A DNA stretch of 19,856 nt from Coleofasciculus sp. B1-GNL1-01 (GCA_040220235.1 JAVJTO010000061.1), one strand, 5' to 3'. Positions 1-7,042 are shown, counted from the first letter of the stretch. Notes: generated by a model not told the origin, from the sequence alone. Numbers and translations: made by a program.

Positions 1-171
1 ACCCGCCCCTACATTAGATTTTTCTCTCAATATCCGATAGATAGATTAACCGGAAATCAGACCGGAAAACCTATTTGATTTCAAAGCGCGATCGCACCCA
101 AAAGGTGTAGGGGCTTTCTTTAGGAATTAAATGAACTAACCTACCTCAAACTTAACAACGAAACCCGCCCT
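1..171. repeat. REP-like elements at the window start
   Basis: ACCCGCCCCTAC at 1-12 (minus strand GTAGGGGCGGGT), GTAGGGGC at 107, AAACCCGCCCT at 161-171. Confidence 0.6.
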
Positions 172-296
172 AATCCCCATCCAAATTTGTCGGTTAACCT
201 CAAACCTGATTATAACGGTGCGTTGCGCCGAAAAAAGGATAAATCTTCCTTATCTTCAGCCAACCAGCACCTACAGTACCCTACCCATCTACCCAT

Positions 297-1268
297 CTAG
301 GATTGAGTTTTCATAATCCTGACAATCTCGCTGAGGGTTTGCGATACCGATCGCGGATTCCAGCCTAAGTCTTGACGGGCTTTGGTTGCATCAACGCGCA
401 CGCACCGATCATAGACGTAATGAACCCGTTCCCGACTCAGAGGCGGTTGCCAATTCAACAGCCGCCCGATGGGGTCAAGGAGGTTTCCGGCGAGTCTCAC
501 CAAGGGTTTGGGGGCTTCCGCCGGAACCGGAATTCCAGTGTCTTGACTCAGCAGGCTGAACATGTCACGGGTAGACAGATCCCCCGCCGAAATGATATAT
601 TTTTCGCCCGGTTGACCCTTTTGTGCCGCCAGAATCATGGCGCTGGCTAAGTCATCAACGTGGACAATTCCGGTAATGCGATCGCCCCCCGCCCATACTT
701 TTAAGCCGCCTTTGAGAAATTGCTTGAGTACGGGACCAAAATGGGGGTCATCTGCACCAAAGATACCAGACGGGAGAATACTCACCACGGGTAATCCTTG
801 GGTGGCAAATTGGTCTACAATTTGTTGGGCTTGGTATTTGGTGCTGTCATAAGCGCTAGAAAAGTCGGTTTGCTGGCGTTGGAAGGTTTCATTCACGACT
901 TGACCTTTGGTGTCACCAAAAACGCCAATAGTGCTACAGTAGACGAGTTTAGATACACCAACCGCTTGAGCCACCTCTAAAACAGCGCGGGTTCCCTCCA
1001 CATTCACCCGTTCCATTTTCTTGGCATCCACGAGTCCTAATTCCACATACGCGGCGGTGTGAAATACCCAGTCTACCCCAGTCATAGCTGTTTTTAGGGC
1101 GTCGCGATCGCTAATATCGCCGTAAACCAGTTGAATTTGGCAATCTGACAGACGCTGAAGGTTGCTAGACTTGCGGACGAAACCGACAACGCTATCCCCC
1201 CGTTGTTCTAATGCTTTAACTAAATGAGAACCGGTAAATCCATTTGCTCCGGTGACTAGGGCTTTCAT
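297..1268 (-). CDS. Extended SDR, NAD-dependent epimerase/dehydratase family (HpnA/dihydroflavonol-reductase-like); candidate 3-keto-lipid reductase
   Basis: MKALVTGANGFTG Rossmann GxxGxxG motif, HTAA, catalytic YDSTK (YxxxK). Start moved from the ORF-track 1316 to ATG at 1268 because AGGAGG lies just upstream (+ strand cctcct) and the Rossmann motif is then N-terminal; 323 aa. Confidence 0.9.
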   Translation of the reverse strand: MKALVTGANGFTGSHLVKALEQRGDSVVGFVRKSSNLQRLSDCQIQLVYGDISDRDALKTAMTGVDWVFHTAAYVELGLVDAKKMERVNVEGTRAVLEVAQAVGVSKLVYCSTIGVFGDTKGQVVNETFQRQQTDFSSAYDSTKYQAQQIVDQFATQGLPVVSILPSGIFGADDPHFGPVLKQFLKGGLKVWAGGDRITGIVHVDDLASAMILAAQKGQPGEKYIISAGDLSTRDMFSLLSQDTGIPVPAEAPKPLVRLAGNLLDPIGRLLNWQPPLSRERVHYVYDRCVRVDATKARQDLGWNPRSVSQTLSEIVRIMKTQS

Positions 1269-1331
1269 CCACACCTCCTGGCTTTTAGTGTTAACCAGCC
1301 TTTGATTCAAACCCAAGGAACCAAAAGCTCA

Positions 1332-1549
1332 AGTCAGCTTTAGCTGACTGGATAAGAATTCTACTCGACTAAATTGACCGGAGTTTGAACTCCGGGCTGA
1401 TTTTCAGGCTTGCTGACTCTATTCAAATTTTAAGCATAGCCAGGAAATAAATTTCCGGCTGAAAGCTAAAGTAAGCTAAAGCTTACTGGGTAAACCTTTG
1501 AACCCGTTTCAACGGGTTTAAGCTCTTAGCCCGGAGTTTGAACTCCGGG
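1332..1549. repeat. Cluster of six palindromic hairpins (REP/small dispersed repeat-like)
   Basis: AGTCAGCT-TT-AGCTGACT 1332-1349; CCGGAGTT-TG-AACTCCGG 1378-1395 and 1531-1548; imperfect AGCCAGGAAAT-AA-ATTTCCGGCT 1438-1460; AGTAAGCT-AA-AGCTTACT 1470-1487; AACCCGTT-TC-AACGGGTT 1501-1518. Confidence 0.85.
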
Positions 1550-1584
1550 ATCTCTCCGGGATCTCCGGGCTCCGGGCAGATTTT

Positions 1585-2241
1585 CTATTGATTGTGTAAA
1601 AGTTCTCGAATTCGTTGACGAAACAACCGCACGGCTGTTCGCTGCCCTTGGGTATTACTTTGTTCAATAAAACCGGGAATCTCGGTTACAGGTAAAAAGG
1701 GAAACGTCATGCTTTGTTCTCTCTGTTCATATTCTCCTTCGACTAATTGATAAACCTGGAGCGTTTGACGAGTATATCTCCACAATTCCGGAACACCCAA
1801 CGCCGCATAAATAGATTGTTTATCAACAGAGGAACTGGTATAATCTGACTCAATCGCTAAATCAGGCGGTGGATCAATTTCCAGATTGATTCGTCTACCT
1901 CGGACTCGTGATTCATTTTGGATATAGAAGCAGCTATCCGGCTCAATAAAACGAGTTAAATCGTCGCGCTTCAAGCTTAATGAACCTAGACTTCTAAGTT
2001 CGATACCCAATTCATCGACTATGGCTGTCACAAAGTCTTCAAGCAGTCGTTTGGGTTCTTCATGGTCTTCCAGTGGCATTCTAATTTCTAATACTCCCTG
2101 ATCATAAGCCATTCTACAGGCTCGGTCTTCGCCAATTTCCGCCAGTAATGTCTTAAAGGTTTGCCAGCTAACGCCTTTTAAGGTAACGACTGGTTCAGCG
2201 CCCCTTTTCTGGGATTGAGGCGTTGGTGTTGCTGTTGTCAT
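1585..2241 (-). CDS. Uma2 (DUF820) family putative PD-(D/E)xK endonuclease
   Basis: VSWQTF..., RMAYDQGVLEIRMP..EHE, IEPDSCFYI, PPDLAIESD, YAALGVPELW motifs typical of cyanobacterial Uma2 proteins. Confidence 0.92.
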   Translation of the reverse strand: MTTATPTPQSQKRGAEPVVTLKGVSWQTFKTLLAEIGEDRACRMAYDQGVLEIRMPLEDHEEPKRLLEDFVTAIVDELGIELRSLGSLSLKRDDLTRFIEPDSCFYIQNESRVRGRRINLEIDPPPDLAIESDYTSSSVDKQSIYAALGVPELWRYTRQTLQVYQLVEGEYEQREQSMTFPFLPVTEIPGFIEQSNTQGQRTAVRLFRQRIRELLHNQ

Positions 2242-2269
2242 AGTGAACTGCCCTTGATACCTTGATTCA

Positions 2270-2275
2270 ATTGTA
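2270..2275 (-). promoter_or_regulatory. Putative -10 box (TACAAT) of the Uma2 gene 1585-2241
   Basis: TACAAT on the minus strand about 29 nt upstream of the start; the same hexamer sits at almost the same distance upstream of the paralog (3875-3880). Confidence 0.5.
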
Positions 2276-2354
2276 GTCCCTGCCTAAGCTGGGCGTGACA
2301 ATCATGTTGATACAAGCATAAGTTAAAGCCTTGAGCAATAAAATATAATACCAG

Positions 2355-2422
2355 GTAGGGTGGGTTAGGCGGTAATTCAATTCAAAAATCACCGTTTAAT
2401 TCGGTGTCCGCCGTAACCCACC
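2355..2422 (+). repeat. GTAG-type REP-like inverted repeat
   Basis: GTAGGGTGGGTTAGGCGG at 2355 pairs with CCGCCGTAACCCACC at 2408-2422. Confidence 0.75.
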
Positions 2423-2503
2423 AATCACAAAACTTGTAGTATATTAATGAACAATACTGTGGAAATTGGCGCCAAGTAATTTTCGCGATCGCACACCTGT
2501 GAT

Positions 2504-3073
2504 TTACAAACGCTGTCCCAGTTTCAACCAGGAGAATACCTGTTCAACAGTTAGCTGTAGATTGAGGAAATCTGGCACAGGTAGCCTATCCTCTGATTGT
2601 CGGATAATTTCTGGTAATTGATTGGGATAAAAACAGATTACGGCTTTCTCATTGGGGTCAATCAACCACCCCAACCTGGTTTGATGTCTGAGACAGAATA
2701 AAATATTATCTGTTACCTTGGTTTGTGACTGGTCTGGTGAGAGGATTTCAATTGTCCAATCTGGAGGACATTCAAATACGTTTGCCACTTCTCCATCAGC
2801 ATCGAAGGGAATTCTATCCCATTGAAAGACGGCAACATCTGGCACAATAGAGCGTCCGCTAAACGTGCAGCGTAATTCGGGGAAAGCGTAAGCGATTTTT
2901 TCAGGAAATCCCACCTTGTTTATTGTGTTGGCGAGGCATATTTGTAGTGTGCTGTGTTTCCCTTGTGGCATGGGTTTTTGATAGATTTTACCGTCGATAA
3001 ATTCGCTAGCAGGTTGGGTTTCGGGAAGTTTGAGAAAGTCAGCTAGGGTGAGTGGTTTAGTTGCTAGGGTCAT
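2504..3073 (-). CDS. Uma2 (DUF820) family putative endonuclease, different subfamily from its two neighbours
   Basis: LTLADFLKLPET.PASEFIDG..QKPMPQGKHS, IVPDVAVF, PPDWTIEILSP, LGWLIDP motifs. Confidence 0.92.
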   Translation of the reverse strand: MTLATKPLTLADFLKLPETQPASEFIDGKIYQKPMPQGKHSTLQICLANTINKVGFPEKIAYAFPELRCTFSGRSIVPDVAVFQWDRIPFDADGEVANVFECPPDWTIEILSPDQSQTKVTDNILFCLRHQTRLGWLIDPNEKAVICFYPNQLPEIIRQSEDRLPVPDFLNLQLTVEQVFSWLKLGQRL

Positions 3074-3179
3074 AGTTACTTGTTTATACTTGGGTTGACG
3101 TGTACCCCTGACTCGCGCCCGCCCCGACGTAGGTTTCTAGACTTCCGGTGAAAAACTAGGGGCGTTAGTGCTATTCCTC

Positions 3180-3845
3180 TTAATCCGAACTTTGATTTGC
3201 CAAAATTTCTCGAATTCGCTGGCGAAATAAACGCACTACCGCTCGTTGTCCCATTGTCTTACTCTGCTCAATTAATCCAGGAATCTCAGCAATGGGTAGA
3301 AATGAAAATGTCGGACTTTGCTGAGTTTTTTCGTATTGTCCCTCTATCAGTTGATAAACCTCAAGCCTATTCTGGCGATATCGCCAAAGTTCTGGAACAC
3401 CAAGCTCGGCATAGAGTTTAAATTTATTGATGGAAGAATTTTTATAATCGGACTCAACTACTAAATCAGGCGGTGGGTCATCGGGTAGATTAATTTTGTC
3501 TTGACCTCTAACCCTACTTTCATTTTGAATGTAAAAACAGGTGTCAGGTTCAACAGCACGGGTTAAGTCCTCCCGTTCCAATGTTAAAGCACCAAGACTT
3601 CTCAACTCAATGCCGAGTTCGTCTACTACAACTTCAATAAAACTCTCTAGCAATCGTTTAGGTTCTTCGTGTTTGGGTAGTGGCATCCGGATTTCTAATA
3701 TTCCCTGGTCATAAGCTATCCTCCAAGCCCGATTATCTCCTACATCGTGCATTAAGGCTTGATACGTTTGCCAGCTAACCCCTCTGAGTGTAACGATTGG
3801 TTCAGCGCGAACTTGTGGTTGTTCTGTTGTTGATGTTGTTGTCAC
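3180..3845 (-). CDS. Uma2 (DUF820) family putative endonuclease, paralog of 1585-2241
   Basis: GTG start; VEPDTCFYIQNESRVRG, PPDLVVESD, LGVPELWRY and RLFRQRIRE blocks shared with 1585-2241. Confidence 0.92.
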   Translation of the reverse strand: MTTTSTTEQPQVRAEPIVTLRGVSWQTYQALMHDVGDNRAWRIAYDQGILEIRMPLPKHEEPKRLLESFIEVVVDELGIELRSLGALTLEREDLTRAVEPDTCFYIQNESRVRGQDKINLPDDPPPDLVVESDYKNSSINKFKLYAELGVPELWRYRQNRLEVYQLIEGQYEKTQQSPTFSFLPIAEIPGLIEQSKTMGQRAVVRLFRQRIREILANQSSD

Positions 3846-3927
3846 CGTCTAACTCACTATTATTAACTGTTTTAATTGTAGTGGACTGACACAGCTAAAA
3901 TTGTGGAATAGATTTTACCATTGAATC

Positions 3928-3950
3928 GGGCGCACGCCATGCGCCCCTAC
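3928..3950 (-). repeat. GTAG-type REP-like hairpin
   Basis: Minus strand reads GTAGGGGCGCATGGCGTGCGCCC. Confidence 0.8.
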
Positions 3951-4040
3951 GGTTTCGGGGCGTGATCCTAATTCATCAAATAAACTGTGCCACGCCAGTA
4001 GTGGCATGATTTACCTCATTTGATAGATTAGCTTAGGTTC

Positions 4041-4060
4041 GTAGTAAGGGCTTTAGCCCT
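4041..4060 (+). repeat. GTAG-type REP-like hairpin
   Basis: GTAGTAAGGGCTTTAGCCCT, with stem AGGGCT/AGCCCT. Confidence 0.6.
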
Positions 4061-4067
4061 ATATTCT

Positions 4068-4096
4068 GTTGGTTTCCTGGCGTCAACCCAACCTAC
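4068..4096 (-). repeat. GTAG-type REP-like element, same family as 19739-19767
   Basis: Minus strand GTAGGTTGGGTTGACGCCAGGAAACCAAC versus GTAGGTTGGGTTGACGAAGGAAACCCAAC at 19739. Confidence 0.8.
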
Positions 4097-4129
4097 GACC
4101 TATTCCACAATTTTAGCTGTGCCACGCCA

Positions 4130-5263
4130 CTACAGCGTTTTTTCATAAATTCGATACGTTTTATAAATTGTCCCCCCCGACGCTTCAATCAACTTACGAG
4201 ACGGAAAATTATCTTCCCAAACCCAACCTAATTCTGCCCGCTTATAGGGCTTACCTTTCTTAATCCCCCCTTGCATTCCCAAATAAATTAACGCCAACGG
4301 CACCATTTTGCGGCGATATTCTGGCAATGAAGCAATCGCAATCACCCGTCCTTGGTCAATCTGGCGACGATACCAAAGAAACTTGAGAATTCCCAGCCAG
4401 TTGAGTTTCCCATTAACCTGTTTTAGGGGAATATTATAGTCCGGTAATCCCATAAAAAAGCCGATCATTTCACCCTTGTCTTCGGCAATGGGAAAAACAT
4501 CTGGATCAACTAAACTCTGTAATGACTTGGCTTCTTCTAGAAATTCTTCTTCGGTTCTCGGCGCCGAACTCCAATTATTAGCAAAGGCACGGTTAAAAAG
4601 ATGATAAAGGCTGATACAATCCTGTTCAAATCCTTCGCCTTTAGTTCTAATCGGACGAAACGTGATACCCGATTTACAGGCAATCTGATAAGCTTTTTTA
4701 AACTTATCCGATAAGGGCTTATCGAGGGGAAAATCATAAGCATAAGCATCCTTCGCTTTCTGCCAGCCATCTTTTTCCAAAAATTCGGGATAGTAGGGGG
4801 GATTATAGGGCATCATCACCATGGGTGGTGTATCAAAGCCATCGACCAAAAATAAACAATTATTGTGGGTCGATAAATCAATCGGTCCCCGCGCCACAGT
4901 CATCCCTTGTTCGCGCAACCACTGACACGCCGCATTCAGCAGAGATTGTGCGATCGCGAAATCTTGGACACATTCAAAAAACCCAACTAAACCAACCGTT
5001 TTCCCCTCTCGTTCAATTAACCGTTGATTCACCGCCGCCACAATTCGCCCCACCGCCTGGGAAGGGTGGGACGAATCCATAGCAATAAATTGCTGTAATT
5101 TGCCGTAGCCAAAAAAGGGATTATCGGGGGCAAATTGCTTCGCTACATCGCTACGCAGGGGTGGCACCCAATTAGGGTCATTCCCATAGACTCGTGCAGG
5201 TACATCCAGAAACAAGTCCTGGTCGGCTGGAGTGGCTACAGTGCGAATTTTGTCATTTGTCAT
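4130..5263 (-). CDS. GNAT-fold N-acyltransferase of the YghO / bacterial ceramide synthase (bCerS)-like family
   Basis: Family signature recognised by eye: WVPPL..NPFF, GRIVA, VGFFE, WLREQG...ARGP, GF..PP..MMPYNPPYY..FLE..G..K..D..AY, and C-terminal AELGWVWEDN..S..LIE..GG..YK.YRIY; 377 aa. Confidence 0.8.
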   Translation of the reverse strand: MTNDKIRTVATPADQDLFLDVPARVYGNDPNWVPPLRSDVAKQFAPDNPFFGYGKLQQFIAMDSSHPSQAVGRIVAAVNQRLIEREGKTVGLVGFFECVQDFAIAQSLLNAACQWLREQGMTVARGPIDLSTHNNCLFLVDGFDTPPMVMMPYNPPYYPEFLEKDGWQKAKDAYAYDFPLDKPLSDKFKKAYQIACKSGITFRPIRTKGEGFEQDCISLYHLFNRAFANNWSSAPRTEEEFLEEAKSLQSLVDPDVFPIAEDKGEMIGFFMGLPDYNIPLKQVNGKLNWLGILKFLWYRRQIDQGRVIAIASLPEYRRKMVPLALIYLGMQGGIKKGKPYKRAELGWVWEDNFPSRKLIEASGGTIYKTYRIYEKTL

Positions 5264-5277
5264 TTGTCATTCGTCAA
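5250..5277 (-). repeat. Heptamer tandem repeat (STRR-like, ATGACAA) overlapping the GNAT start codon
   Basis: + strand TTGTCAT x3 followed by TCGTCAA. Confidence 0.85.
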
Positions 5278-5299
5278 ATAACCAATAACCCAGGACGAG

Positions 5300-6580
5300 T
5301 TAGGCGCTGATCATGGGTTTATACAAAAAATCTCGTGTTGCTACCATGGCGGCGACTAATTTATCCATCTCCTCCTTAGTATGCAGAGCATTTGCCGTCA
5401 TTCGGATACGGGGTTTGGCAATAAACCAGATGGGTGATACCCAAATGCCATGATTCTCTAACATGTACTGACCAAATAATTTCGGATTAATTTCTGAGGG
5501 TAAAATAACCGGGATCACGTTCGTTTCACCAATGGCATCAAATCCGGCTTCGACTAAGCGCGATCGCAAGTAGCGAGTATTTGCCTGAAGCTTTTTCACC
5601 ATGTCGGGATGACGGCGCACCTGACGAACGCTTTCCAAGGCGGCGGCTGTCAGAGGTGGTGACAAGGAAACCGTACCAATCGACGTGGGAGAAACATTTA
5701 ACAGGGGAATCAATTCCGCCACATGGCTGCTAATTGCCGCCCCTGCTGATGCGGCAAACTTGGAGAATGTGGTCATAATCAACGGCACAACACCCTGCTC
5801 AATCGCGTATTGGGGTAGGATGCCAAAATGTTCGTAGATACCGCCACCCGTCGCCCCAATCGCTCCACTAGCATGAGCTTCATCCATCACCAAGACACTG
5901 CCTTCGTAATGTCGCAGCACCTCGATCATATCGGGGAGGGGGGCAATATCCCCATCCATGGAAAACACCGCATCGGAAATCACCATAATCCGATCATGAG
6001 GGCGAGCATAACGACGCAGTTTACGGGCTAAGTCCTCAGCATCACAGTGGCGATAGGCTCTCACCCGCACACGCGGACTATGACCAAATAACTTTCCAGA
6101 ACGAGTTCCCGCGTTGACGACGGCTGAGAGAATACAGCCATGGTTGAGGACATCAGTCAAAATTAATGTCTCACGGGTATGCTGAAAGCCAGGAACGGGA
6201 ATAGCCAAATGGCAGAACGCATCCATCAGGGCTTGCATCGCCATCCACGCATTCAAAAAGAGTTGGGTATGGGGTAGGTGCTTAAACTCCGAAATCTCTT
6301 GCTCAAGCTGCCGATGCAAATCGATGCGACCACTGAGGACTGAGGTTGAACTGTTGGACGTACCGTATTGAAAAATAGCATCAACCGCTGCTTGGCGAAC
6401 CGCCTCGTTCTGAACCAGACCCAAGACATCATTCGTACAGAACGTGAGAACCGTCTGACGCTTTCCTGTGGCGACTGATTCTATCTCGACTAAATTCCCT
6501 TGCTTTTGATGGCAAACATATTCGTCGGGCGCTAATCCACTTTCGTACCACCGCTGGACGTACTCTTTGACAACTTCCAC
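5300..6580 (-). CDS. PLP-dependent alpha-oxoamine synthase (aminotransferase class I/II; SPT/BioF/KBL superfamily), serine-palmitoyltransferase-like
   Basis: FCTNDVLGL, DVLNH (H147), SDAVFSMDGDIAPL, DEAH (233-236), TFSK (PLP lysine K274), RIRMTANALHT. GTG start preceded by GAGGAG. Confidence 0.88.
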   Translation of the reverse strand: MEVVKEYVQRWYESGLAPDEYVCHQKQGNLVEIESVATGKRQTVLTFCTNDVLGLVQNEAVRQAAVDAIFQYGTSNSSTSVLSGRIDLHRQLEQEISEFKHLPHTQLFLNAWMAMQALMDAFCHLAIPVPGFQHTRETLILTDVLNHGCILSAVVNAGTRSGKLFGHSPRVRVRAYRHCDAEDLARKLRRYARPHDRIMVISDAVFSMDGDIAPLPDMIEVLRHYEGSVLVMDEAHASGAIGATGGGIYEHFGILPQYAIEQGVVPLIMTTFSKFAASAGAAISSHVAELIPLLNVSPTSIGTVSLSPPLTAAALESVRQVRRHPDMVKKLQANTRYLRSRLVEAGFDAIGETNVIPVILPSEINPKLFGQYMLENHGIWVSPIWFIAKPRIRMTANALHTKEEMDKLVAAMVATRDFLYKPMISA

Positions 6581-6720
6581 AACCTTACTCCTCTCACCTT
6601 TTCCTAGATAGACTACCGCTTCTAGCTAAAAATGTGTGTTTTTCTCTCAACTTTAAGTGATTATCCCGACTGAATATCAAGCTCCATGTTGGCGATTTTA
6701 TAGAGTACACGGTAATCCTA

Positions 6721-6726
6721 TATAAT
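6721..6726 (+). promoter_or_regulatory. Putative -10 box TATAAT
   Basis: Perfect TATAAT 25 nt upstream of the ATG at 6752; no clear -35 element. Confidence 0.35.
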
Positions 6727-6751
6727 ACGGGGTGATTGGACAGGGCGGCTT

Positions 6752-6826
6752 ATGACAGACAATAACGCTGGCACATTGGCGATCGCTCTCGTTGCTGCTT
6801 TTTTGATTTCTGCTCTAGCAGGGTAG
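6752..6826 (+). CDS. Putative 24-aa hydrophobic small protein, or the 5' part of a pseudogene extending to 7039
   Basis: Hand translation MTDNNAGTLAIALVAAFLISALAG*; one uninterrupted hydrophobic stretch; the same frame stays open after the TAG until TAA at 7037-7039. Confidence 0.35.
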   Translation: MTDNNAGTLAIALVAAFLISALAG

Positions 6827-7042
6827 CATAAAACGCAGCCCCCTGCGGGATTTGTTTTAATCCAAGCCTCCGGAATACCCCACTCGCCTACGGGGTGCGG
6901 AGTGATCAAGGAGGTGGTTGAGTGGGTTTGGATGCCCCTGAAACCATTAACTCCGTTGAATGAGCAACGGCACGACAGTGGCGATTTGCGCTTGGACTTT
7001 GCTCACAGTATGTACAACGGGCATACCAAAACTGCCTAAATA

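Larger units (their letters stand above)
3881..4130. mobile_element. MITE-like element (possibly two tandem units) with long terminal inverted repeats, flanked by TA
   Basis: 3877-3911 TGTAGTGGACTGACACAGCTAAAATTGTGGAATAG versus reverse complement of 4100-4134 TGTAGTGGCGTGGCACAGCTAAAATTGTGGAATAG (32/35 identical). TA at 3879-3880 and 4131-4132. Internal end copy CTGTGCCACGCCA at 3985-3997. No ORF. Confidence 0.8.

Noticed and set aside
297..1268. Calling the SDR hpnA (hopanoid pathway)
   Set aside because: Family resemblance only; no hopanoid genes are in the window. It remains an alternative to the lipid-reductase hypothesis.
1269..1316. ORF-track N-terminal extension of the SDR
   Set aside because: A strong AGGAGG precedes ATG 1268 and the Rossmann motif begins there; the extension runs into repeat DNA.
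1332..1549. Possible CRISPR array
   Set aside because: Only two identical 18-mers, irregular spacing, differing hairpin sequences and no cas genes in the window.
5300..6580. Calling the PLP enzyme bioF or spt outright
   Set aside because: No biotin genes are nearby and the motifs deviate from both families, so no gene symbol was assigned.
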